From positions 16,493 through 80,492 of the forward strand of contig JAIPJX010000003.1 of the NCBI GenBank assembly GCA_021733945.1: a stretch of DNA of 64,000 nt, in the 5' to 3' direction. The DNA comes from Verrucomicrobiota bacterium. GTDB lineage: Bacteria > Verrucomicrobiota > Verrucomicrobiia > Limisphaerales > SIBE01. The translations under genes were made by a program, and so were the position numbers. Positions within the stretch are counted from its first letter, which is position 1, and every line of letters starts with the position of its first letter. Positions 36,655-44,905 of this stretch are shown in pieces. The notes beneath the pieces were generated by a model, which saw only the letters and a program-made list of their open reading frames with translations, had not been told where the DNA came from and made no database searches.

Positions 36655-38100
36655 ATGGAGATCTTTCAATCCCAAAGGGCGTGCACCGATACCGTGAGCC
36701 ATCTCCACAGCGTGGCGCAGGGATTTCACCTGCCTGTGTTGAGCTGTCACGCGGGACGCGCTCCGGGCGGAGCGGGGCACCTGCATCGGATTTCGGTTCA
36801 TCGAAGGGTCGTATCAAGAGGGCGCGGTTATGGGCTCGGCCTGTGTTCCCTGATGTTCCTTGCGGGTGCGGCGGGGCAGGGCATTGAGAACCCGAAGTTC
36901 GACAGCTTCGCACTGCCGGCCACTTTCCCATCTGCCGCCTTCCAGTCGTCTGCCGCGTCGGCGCCGGGAACCAGCCAACTGCCGGGGCTCCCGCCGTTGG
37001 CGTCCTTACCCTTCGCCGACCAGAAACCGTTTCAAATGGGTCCCGTGAATATTCGTCCGCACTTTCTGTACCGGTATTCCACCAGCACCGGAATCCAGTC
37101 CCGGCCCGGCCGGTCTTCCGACAGCGCCATTCAGGAGGTATCTCCGGGCGTGTTGTTGGAGTTGGGCGACCACTGGATGCTGGACTACACGCCGAGCCTT
37201 CGTTTCTATTCGAGCCGTTCGTTCCAGGATTCGACCGATCATTCCGTGATGTTCAACGGCGGGACCCTGTATCGGGGTTGGACGTTCGGGCTGTCGCAGG
37301 GTTATTCGCGGTCGCTTCAGCCACTGGCCGAGACCGCCAGCCAAGCGGAGCGGGAGAGCTTTACCACGGCGATCAACGCCGGCTATCGCCTGACTTCGGC
37401 GCTTTCCCTCCAAATGGGGGCGAGCCAGAGCATTCAGTTCGCGCGGCAAATCGGCACCTCCCAGGAGCTCAACAACTCACGCCTTTGGTCCAGCCTGAAC
37501 TCGTTGAACTACCGGCTGACCGATAAGTGGGGCTTGGGTCTGAGCGCGGGCGGCGGTTACGATGATGTGGGTTCTGGTCCGAACATGGCGCATGAACAGG
37601 TCCAGGGAAACATCAACTGGCGGCCCAGCGACAAACTGCACCTGTCCTTCAACGGGGGGGCTGAATACCGGCAGTTCGCGGGCTCCGGCAGGCCCGACGC
37701 GATCAACCCGATTTTCGGAATGACAGTCCAGTCACCGTTTGAACTCACGAAGACGACGCTGTTCTCGATCCGGGCCAACCGCACGTTGAGCAGTTCGATC
37801 CTGCAGAACACTCTGAATGTCACCACGGACTTCGGTGCCACTCTCAGCCAGAGGTTGTTTAAGCGGCTGAACCTTGCTCTGAATGGCGGATATCGCATCG
37901 ACTCTTTCGAGAGCACCCTGTCCAGCCTCGTCGAAACGCGCGAGGATCGTTCGATTTCTTTTGGCGCCCGTCTCAGCATGGCCTTTTTGAAACGCGCCAA
38001 TGCCTCCGTGTTCTATCAGGGCAGTGACAGCTCATCGAGTCGGGCGGGGTTCGGCTACTCCAACACACAAGCCGGCGTGGAGATCTCGTACCGTTACTAA
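36655..38100 (+). CDS. Putative outer-membrane beta-barrel protein of the PEP-CTERM locus
   Basis: Alternating amphipathic beta-strand pattern rich in S/G/Y/N (LSAGGGYDDVGSG, LNGGYRIDSF, FGARLSMAF). C-terminal aromatic-terminated strand ...AGVEISYRY. Sits immediately upstream of the exosortase. True start is uncertain (the signal-like LGLCSLMFLAGAAGQG is internal to the track ORF). Confidence 0.6.
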   Translation: MEIFQSQRACTDTVSHLHSVAQGFHLPVLSCHAGRAPGGAGHLHRISVHRRVVSRGRGYGLGLCSLMFLAGAAGQGIENPKFDSFALPATFPSAAFQSSAASAPGTSQLPGLPPLASLPFADQKPFQMGPVNIRPHFLYRYSTSTGIQSRPGRSSDSAIQEVSPGVLLELGDHWMLDYTPSLRFYSSRSFQDSTDHSVMFNGGTLYRGWTFGLSQGYSRSLQPLAETASQAERESFTTAINAGYRLTSALSLQMGASQSIQFARQIGTSQELNNSRLWSSLNSLNYRLTDKWGLGLSAGGGYDDVGSGPNMAHEQVQGNINWRPSDKLHLSFNGGAEYRQFAGSGRPDAINPIFGMTVQSPFELTKTTLFSIRANRTLSSSILQNTLNVTTDFGATLSQRLFKRLNLALNGGYRIDSFESTLSSLVETREDRSISFGARLSMAFLKRANASVFYQGSDSSSSRAGFGYSNTQAGVEISYRY

Positions 38101-38105
38101 CCGTT

Positions 38106-39083
38106 ATGAAGACGAAGCAGGATTTGATCGAACGGGAGCCGGTCAACCCCGAAGTCAGGCCGGATTTGGCCACGCTCGCGGACCGTCCGGCGGCACCGGA
38201 CCTTCGGTGGCACGGTCCGCAATTGGCGTTGCTGGCGCTGGCCGTGATTGTTGGGTTCTCCCGGCCACTCCGTGATTTGCTGCGATTTGCGGGGCAGAGT
38301 GAGCTCTTCTCGCATGTTGCGCTGATCCCGTTCGTGAGTCTCTATCTGGCCTGGACGAGCCGGCACGAACCGATTCCGAGATCCCGGCCCCATCGGTTGC
38401 TGGCGCTGGGGCCTTTGATCGCCGGATGCGGCGTGCTTCTGGGGTATTGGCTGGCGATGCGCTCGGGATGGAAACCGGAAACCGCGGACTACCTGGCTGT
38501 CATGATGTTTGCGGCGTGGCTGTTCCTTGTGGCGGGAGTGCTTGTCTGGCTGGGAACCGGAGTCTGCCGCGCGCTGGCGTTTCCATTGGTTTTCCTTCTT
38601 TTCATGGTACCCTTCCCCGATTTTTTGACCCGTCTGTTTGAGAGTGGTCTGCAGCGGGGATCAGCCGACACCGCCCACGCGTTTTTCTGGATGTCCGGAA
38701 CGCCGGTGTTCCGGCAGGGCTTGGATTTCCAGCTGCCCGGGTTTGCGATGCAGGTGGCGCCCGAATGTAGCGGCATTCATTCCAGCCTCGCGTTGTTGAT
38801 CACCAGTGTTCTGGCGGGCCGCCTGTTTTTGAGCTCGCCGTGGAATCGAACCCTTCTGACATTGTTCGTCATTCCGCTGGGTCTGGTGCGAAATGGTTTC
38901 CGGATATTCGTCATTGGCGAGCTCTGTGTTCACTTCGGGCGCCATATGATCGATTCGGCAATCCACCGCCGGGGAGGGCCGGTGTTTTTCGCCCTGTCCC
39001 TCATCCCGTTTCTGCTTCTGCTGCTACTCCTGCGAAAATGGGAAGGGCGCCTGAACGGATCCAATCAGAAAGGCAATCCATGA
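38106..39083 (+). CDS. Exosortase (EpsH/Xrt family), stand-alone without EpsI domain
   Basis: Polytopic membrane protein with the family signatures FSHVALIPFVSLYLAW, catalytic-Cys motif VAPECSGIHSSLALL, Arg motif IPLGLVRNGFRIFVIG and downstream His (SAIHRRGG). Confidence 0.85.
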   Translation: MKTKQDLIEREPVNPEVRPDLATLADRPAAPDLRWHGPQLALLALAVIVGFSRPLRDLLRFAGQSELFSHVALIPFVSLYLAWTSRHEPIPRSRPHRLLALGPLIAGCGVLLGYWLAMRSGWKPETADYLAVMMFAAWLFLVAGVLVWLGTGVCRALAFPLVFLLFMVPFPDFLTRLFESGLQRGSADTAHAFFWMSGTPVFRQGLDFQLPGFAMQVAPECSGIHSSLALLITSVLAGRLFLSSPWNRTLLTLFVIPLGLVRNGFRIFVIGELCVHFGRHMIDSAIHRRGGPVFFALSLIPFLLLLLLLRKWEGRLNGSNQKGNP

Positions 39084-42000
39084 ACAGTTTACGACGATAC
39101 CTGACCGCGGTGCTTGGTCTGGCAATGGTCATCACCCTGGGAACGGGTTGCTCGAAGCAGGCCCGAAAGGACCGCATCCTGTCCCGCGCCAACGCAAACT
39201 TCGAGGTCGGCCAGTATGACAAGGCAGAGATTGAGTATCTCAACATCCTGAAACAGTCTCCCGGCGACCCGGTCGCGATCGCCCGGCTGGGATTGATTTA
39301 TCATGCCCAGGGCCGGGTGTTATCGGCGCTTGCTTGGTTGCGAAAGGCATCGGAGCTGGACACGAACAACATTGAGGTGCGGTTGAACCTGGGAAAAACC
39401 TATTTAGGGGTGAACCAAAGGAGGGCGGCCTGGGATTTGGCGACGCGCGTGTTGCAGCAGGATCCGGGAAACCACGAGGCTCTCCTGTTGATGACGGACT
39501 CGGCCTCCGATGCGGAGGAGATTCAACAGGTCATTCAAAGGATCGAGCGGTTTTCCGAAGCGGAACGGGACCAGTCGGACGTTCATTTGGCCCTGGGTTC
39601 CCTTTACCTGCGCCAGCAAGACACCAACCGGGCGGAGGTTGAATTTAACCTCGCTCTGGCCAGGGACCCCAAGTCGAGCGCTGCGCATCTCGCCTTGGGC
39701 AATTTTCTCCTTCTGCGCAACGACATAAAAGGGGCGGAACACGAGTTGAAAGCCGCCTCGGAACTCGCCCCATTACGCTCCGCCCAGCTCTTCCCATACG
39801 CACAGTTGCTGTTGAGTCAGACCAATGTCCAGGGTGCCCGGGCGACGATTCAATCCGTGACCGAAAAAGCCCCGGATTACCTTCCGGCTTGGACCTTCCT
39901 CGCCCAACTCGCTTTTGCCCAGAGAGAGATCGAGGAATGCGATCGCTTGATCCAGAACATTCTCTCCCGAGACCCATCCCACTATGAGGCCCTGCTCATC
40001 AAGGGCAGCCTGATGGTGGGCAGGGGCGACAGCACCAATGCGGTGGCCCATTTCGAACAGATGGCTGGATCGATCTACGGGCAACTTCCACAGGTTCAGT
40101 ATCAACTGGCCCTCGCACACCTCGGAAACAACAACCTTACCAAAGGCATGGAAAGTCTGAGCCGTGCGATCACATTAAACACCAATTTTGTACAAGCCTC
40201 CCTCTTGCTGGGTGAACTGAATTTGCGAAAGGGTGATACGGCCCTGGCCATCGTCACGCTGCGGCAGTTGACCAATCAACAGCCGCAGCTTGGCCGTGCC
40301 TACCTGATGTTGGCGGATGCCTACCAGGCCCAGCGCGATCCGGAGGCGGCTCTTGAAGTTTATGGACAACTGCTTGCGCGGGTTCCTGCGGATTCCCGGA
40401 TTCTGCTGCTCCGCGGCGATCTCCTGGCCCGGATGGATCGGCGCGCTGAAGCACGGGAAGATTTCATCAAATCCCTCGAATCCGCGCCGGATTACGTCCC
40501 CGCTCTGGAGAAGTTGGTTGACATGGATCTTCTCGACAAGCAGTACGCAGCGGCGTTGGACCGAATCCAGATCGCCATGAAGCGGGATCCCAATTCTCCG
40601 AATCCCTGGTTGCTTGAGGCCAAGGTTTACATGGCTCGGAATGATCTGGACCAGGCCGAGGCATCGCTGTTGCAGGCCAACGAGAAGAACCCCGACTTGC
40701 AGGTTCCCTATCTTCTATTGGCGAAGACCTACGTGGACACAAAGAAATATCCCCAGGCATTGCAGCGCCTGCAGGAACTCGTGGGCAAGCATACCAACAA
40801 TGTGTCTGCCTTGCTGCAAATCGGGATGATCCAGGACCATGTGAAAAACTATGATGCCGCCCGGGAGTCCTACGAAAAGGTAATGGCAATCAACCCCTCA
40901 TCCGTGCTTGCGCTGAACAACCTCGCGTACCTCTACTCCGAACGGTTGGGGCGGATGGATAAAGCCTATGAATTGGCCCGCAGGGCGGCGGAATTGGCTC
41001 CGGATGAACCTTCGACGGCGGATACGCTGGGATGGATTTATTTCAAGCGCGGAGAGTATTCCCGCGCCCTGACACTCCTGCAGGAGAGCGTGGGCAAACT
41101 CCCGGACTCCGCGGAGATTCACTACCATCTAGGCGCCACACACTACATGCTGGGAGAGCCGGATCCGGCCCGGCTTCACCTTCAACGCGCGCTGGATGAA
41201 GGCGCGGATTATATCGGAAAACAGGACGCCCGCGAGCGCCTGGCATTGCTCTCGCTGGATACCAGCAAGGCTGATGCCTCCACCCTGGCGGGTTTGGAAA
41301 AGCGCACCCGGGAGGTTCCAGACGATCCAATCGCCCTGGGTGTGTTGGCGGCGATTCACGAGCTTCAGGGCAATCTGGAAAAGGCGGCGGACAGCTACGA
41401 AAGAGCGCTGAAAATCACACCGCGCAATGTTGGCATGACCGCGCGATTAGCCATGGTTTATGAGCGCCTGAACGATTCCCAAAAAGCGCTTAAGCTGGCC
41501 AGGCACGCCCACAATCTGGCGCCCGAGGACGCGCGGATCTCCCATCACCTCGGCCGGTTGGTGTTCCAGACCGGCGATTATAAATGGGCCGCCAGCCTGC
41601 TGGCCGAAGGCGCTCGGAAATTTCAGAATGAACCTGGGTTTTTGTACGACCTGGCCTGGTCGCAATACAGCATGGGCCAGGTGCCGGAAGCAGTCGCCAG
41701 CATGCGGCAGGCGGCACAGGGATCGCTCCCGCCCGCGCGAGCCACAGAGGCCGATCGATTCTTGACGTTGGTTGATGCAGCAGGGAATCAGGACAAGACG
41801 CAGGCGGTTGCTCCAGTTGCCCAGGCCGTGCTGGAAAAGAATCCGAACGATGTTCCGGCACTGATGGTTGGCGCCAGAATGCACGAGCAGCAGGGGAGAT
41901 TCAGGGAGGCGGCCCAATCCTACGACCGTGCGCTGGCGCTGTATCCGTTCTTCCTGCCGGCGACCCGGAACCTGGCGATCCTCTGGGCCGAGCAACTCGG

Positions 42001-42307
42001 CGACGATGAGAAAGCCTACGAACTGGCGATCACGGCACGGAATGCGTTGCCGCAGGATGCGGAATTGGCCAAAGTATTGGGGGTTCTGGCCTATCGCCGC
42101 GGTGATTACAGACGATCGAAGGAATTCTTGAGCGAAAGTGAACGCACTCGAAGCGGCGATGCGAGTCTGCTCTACCACCTCGGGATGGCTTATTACCAAC
42201 TCAAGGAACCCGATGAATGCAGGCGAACGCTTCAGCGCGCCCTGGCTCTGGGGATGCAGAGCACGCTCGCGGAAGAGGCGAAGCGGGTGCTTGCCGGGTT
42301 GAAGTGA
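39080..42307 (+). CDS. prsT: PEP-CTERM-system TPR-repeat lipoprotein
   Basis: ATG 39080 overlaps the exosortase stop (ATGA). Signal plus lipobox-like LAMVITLGTGC. About 1050 aa of uninterrupted TPR units (A.L.LG..Y...G....A...L.KAL.L.P.N). Confidence 0.8.
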   Translation: MNSLRRYLTAVLGLAMVITLGTGCSKQARKDRILSRANANFEVGQYDKAEIEYLNILKQSPGDPVAIARLGLIYHAQGRVLSALAWLRKASELDTNNIEVRLNLGKTYLGVNQRRAAWDLATRVLQQDPGNHEALLLMTDSASDAEEIQQVIQRIERFSEAERDQSDVHLALGSLYLRQQDTNRAEVEFNLALARDPKSSAAHLALGNFLLLRNDIKGAEHELKAASELAPLRSAQLFPYAQLLLSQTNVQGARATIQSVTEKAPDYLPAWTFLAQLAFAQREIEECDRLIQNILSRDPSHYEALLIKGSLMVGRGDSTNAVAHFEQMAGSIYGQLPQVQYQLALAHLGNNNLTKGMESLSRAITLNTNFVQASLLLGELNLRKGDTALAIVTLRQLTNQQPQLGRAYLMLADAYQAQRDPEAALEVYGQLLARVPADSRILLLRGDLLARMDRRAEAREDFIKSLESAPDYVPALEKLVDMDLLDKQYAAALDRIQIAMKRDPNSPNPWLLEAKVYMARNDLDQAEASLLQANEKNPDLQVPYLLLAKTYVDTKKYPQALQRLQELVGKHTNNVSALLQIGMIQDHVKNYDAARESYEKVMAINPSSVLALNNLAYLYSERLGRMDKAYELARRAAELAPDEPSTADTLGWIYFKRGEYSRALTLLQESVGKLPDSAEIHYHLGATHYMLGEPDPARLHLQRALDEGADYIGKQDARERLALLSLDTSKADASTLAGLEKRTREVPDDPIALGVLAAIHELQGNLEKAADSYERALKITPRNVGMTARLAMVYERLNDSQKALKLARHAHNLAPEDARISHHLGRLVFQTGDYKWAASLLAEGARKFQNEPGFLYDLAWSQYSMGQVPEAVASMRQAAQGSLPPARATEADRFLTLVDAAGNQDKTQAVAPVAQAVLEKNPNDVPALMVGARMHEQQGRFREAAQSYDRALALYPFFLPATRNLAILWAEQLGDDEKAYELAITARNALPQDAELAKVLGVLAYRRGDYRRSKEFLSESERTRSGDASLLYHLGMAYYQLKEPDECRRTLQRALALGMQSTLAEEAKRVLAGLK

Positions 42308-42367
42308 GCGCCGGATGTTGGGTATGGTCTGGAAAGGGATTGTTCGCGGTGTTCTCGATTTTTTCGG

Positions 42368-43549
42368 ATGAAACCTTCCAAAGTCTCCATGCATTGCTAT
42401 TCGATCCAGGAACTCGAGCCGGACTCGGAGGTGCCGATGTACGAGGTTGTCACAAGCCGAAACGAGGAGGATCCGGAGTGGGACGCGCTGGTGCTGAATT
42501 GCCCGGATCCGCATCACGAGCAGACGAGCCTGTGGGGCGCTGCGCAACGGATCAGAGGTTGGGAGGCGATGCGAATTCTTGTCAGAAGGAACGGTGGATT
42601 GGTCGGGGGAGTCCAAATATTGGAACGTGCGTTGGGCCGGTTCGTGCGAGTGGGCTATATCCATCGTGGTCCGCTGGCATCCATTGATGACGACAGACTG
42701 CGAGGGCGCCTGGTTCACGCGATCGGAGCCTATGCAAGGGCGAGACATCTGACTTATCTCTCGGTGGTTCTGCCTTACGGCGGTTCCCCCTGGGTGCCTC
42801 ACCTCAAGGCGCAGGCGTTCGGAATCAGTCACCCGTCGCTGCCCCCGAGAACCAGCATGAGGTCCACGATCGTCCTGGATCTGGAACCGGAACTCGATGA
42901 ACTCATGGCGGGAATGAGGCGCACGACTCGAACCCATGTTCGCCAGGGATCAAGACGCGGCCTGCATTTCAGGGAAGGTGAGCAGAGGGATCTGCAAACC
43001 TTTGAAACCCTGCTGGCAGCATTATGCCAACGCAGGGGAGTTTCTCCCAATATTCCAGGTGGAAATTTTCTTCAGGAACTTTGGAGGCGCTTCGCTCCTT
43101 CAGGGCATCTCAAGCTTTTTCTGACCGAGCAAAAGGGAGAACAAATTTCGGCGCTCCTGGCCTTCACCACCGGACATTGGTTCCGGGTATGGAGGGTCGG
43201 TTGGTCCGGAGAGCACGCCGGAATGCGTCCAAATCAATTGATGTATTGGGAAGCCATCAAGTGGGCCAGGTTGAATGGCTACAAATACTTCGAGAACTCC
43301 GGTTTTGACACGGATAATGCCAGGGCCATGGTCGAAGGACGGGATCTCTCCAAAAGTGTGTGGTGCGGGATGTCTTTCTTCAAGCTGGGTTTTGGCGGCA
43401 AGGTTTTGCCGCTCGATCCCGGCTATTGTTTTTTCAGCAATCCGGTCGTGCGTGCAGTGTTTCATCTGGCGAAGCCAAATGGATTCGCCTCTCGGATCGG
43501 AGAATTCCTTGTCGGCAAGGCGATGGCGCGATTCAGGCGCCGGAGATGA
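42368..43549 (+). CDS. FemAB-family (aminoacyl-tRNA-dependent transferase-like) protein, PEP-CTERM-associated, copy 1
   Basis: EWDALV......HEQTSLWG, ....RTHVRQGSRRGLHFREG and MRPNQLMYWEAIKWARLNGYKYFE. This is the double-GNAT FemAB layout. Confidence 0.75.
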   Translation: MKPSKVSMHCYSIQELEPDSEVPMYEVVTSRNEEDPEWDALVLNCPDPHHEQTSLWGAAQRIRGWEAMRILVRRNGGLVGGVQILERALGRFVRVGYIHRGPLASIDDDRLRGRLVHAIGAYARARHLTYLSVVLPYGGSPWVPHLKAQAFGISHPSLPPRTSMRSTIVLDLEPELDELMAGMRRTTRTHVRQGSRRGLHFREGEQRDLQTFETLLAALCQRRGVSPNIPGGNFLQELWRRFAPSGHLKLFLTEQKGEQISALLAFTTGHWFRVWRVGWSGEHAGMRPNQLMYWEAIKWARLNGYKYFENSGFDTDNARAMVEGRDLSKSVWCGMSFFKLGFGGKVLPLDPGYCFFSNPVVRAVFHLAKPNGFASRIGEFLVGKAMARFRRRR

Positions 43550-43598
43550 GAGGGGAGTATGGCGTAGCCGTCTTGATCGGAACAATTGCTCATCACCC

Positions 43599-44747
43599 AT
43601 GGATGCCATCATCCCGACATCGTCGCAATCGGGCGGGGCCGACCGCGCCGGACATCCGGGTGCCGGTTCGACCGCGATAGGCAGTGACGGGATCGAGGTC
43701 TGCTGGTCTTTCGACCCGGAGGACCGTCGTTGGGACGGGTTCCTGCAACAAGTGCCGCTGGGGCAGTTTCAGCAATCGAGTCTGTGGGCACAATACAAGG
43801 CAACCGAAGGATGGCAATCGCTCCGCTGTCTCCTGGTCAGGAAGGGCGGCTTGATTGGCGGCTTTCAGTTGCTATGGCGCCGTTCGCGCTGGGGGCGGAC
43901 TGCCTATGTCAGCAAGGGACCGGTCATGCTGGAGGAAACGCCGGAGACGTCTGAATTCGCCATTCGCCTGATCAGGCAAGCCGTCGAAGAACTCAAGATC
44001 ACCGCCGTGATCGTGCAACCGCCTGACTTCAGCAGGCACATGTCGGAAGCCCTTGCGCGGAATCAATTTGAGGCAAACCGGATTCGAAGCGTGATCAGCA
44101 CGACCTTGCTGGTCCATCTGAACCGTGGCATGGCAGAGGTGGAACGGGGGTTCAACCGAAACATGCGCACCCAGGTCCGTCAGGCCCGCCGCCGGGGCGT
44201 TGTCGTTCGGGAGGGTGACGAAAAGGATGTCGGCAACTTTTTCGCCATGATGAAATTGACGTGCGAAAGGCAGGGCGTGAAGCCGAATCCTTCATCGGAG
44301 CTTGAACTGGCGGCACTTTGGCGCGTGTTCCATGACGCCGGAGCATCCCGACTGACGATCGCGCGGTGTTCAGGCCAGGATGTGGCCGGGCAGCTTTGCC
44401 TTGCATTTGGTGATCGGATCACCCTGTGGAAGAATGGGTGGACCGGCCAATACGGAGAGTCTCACCCCAACCGGTTGATTGCCTGGGAAGGGATCGAGTG
44501 GGCATGCGCAAGAGGATTCAAAGTGTGGGATTGGGTGGCTCTGGATCCGGGCATTGCCGCGACACTCCTGGCGCGCCGTCCACTTGGTGAAAGGCAGAAG
44601 CAGAGCCAGCATTTCTTCCGGCTTTGTTTCGGTGGCGACCCGGTTCTGCTTCCCCCTTCGAAGATCTGGATTCGGCACCCAATCCTGAGGTTTGGGTGCC
44701 GCCTCTTCGGTCGTTTTTTGAAAACGCGAACCTTCCAGCGAGAATGA
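43599..44747 (+). CDS. FemAB-family protein, PEP-CTERM-associated, copy 2
   Basis: Paralogous layout to copy 1: WDGFLQQVPLGQFQQSSLWAQ, NMRTQVRQARRRGVVVREG and SHPNRLIAWEGIEWACARGFKVWD. ATG 43599 was chosen; the track start 43275 overlaps copy 1. Confidence 0.75.
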   Translation: MDAIIPTSSQSGGADRAGHPGAGSTAIGSDGIEVCWSFDPEDRRWDGFLQQVPLGQFQQSSLWAQYKATEGWQSLRCLLVRKGGLIGGFQLLWRRSRWGRTAYVSKGPVMLEETPETSEFAIRLIRQAVEELKITAVIVQPPDFSRHMSEALARNQFEANRIRSVISTTLLVHLNRGMAEVERGFNRNMRTQVRQARRRGVVVREGDEKDVGNFFAMMKLTCERQGVKPNPSSELELAALWRVFHDAGASRLTIARCSGQDVAGQLCLAFGDRITLWKNGWTGQYGESHPNRLIAWEGIEWACARGFKVWDWVALDPGIAATLLARRPLGERQKQSQHFFRLCFGGDPVLLPPSKIWIRHPILRFGCRLFGRFLKTRTFQRE

Positions 44748-44905
44748 CCGCGCCGTCCCGAATTTATTCCGGGAGGACCGTTTGGGGCTTTGATCCGCCG
44801 ACGCCGGGGGGAATCCGGCCATGTTCGTTGAATCGAGGAGCCTGTGCCGGAAGATGACGAGGGAGGCTCTCGGTTTGAGTTCCGATTTCTGATCTTCGAT
44901 TTTCA

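Noticed and set aside
38840-39079. Upstream-extended starts given by the ORF track (38840 for prsT; likewise 32986, 43275, 27330, 21351, 17899 and 10365)
   Set aside because: The extensions overlap the 3' ends of well-supported upstream genes and encode R/P-rich junk. Internal ATGs give canonical N-termini (signal peptides, Rossmann motifs) and often ATGA coupling.
41447-42937. 496-aa minus-strand ORF
   Set aside because: Antisense to the PrsT TPR gene and FemAB copy 1. No recognisable motifs; shadow-ORF composition.
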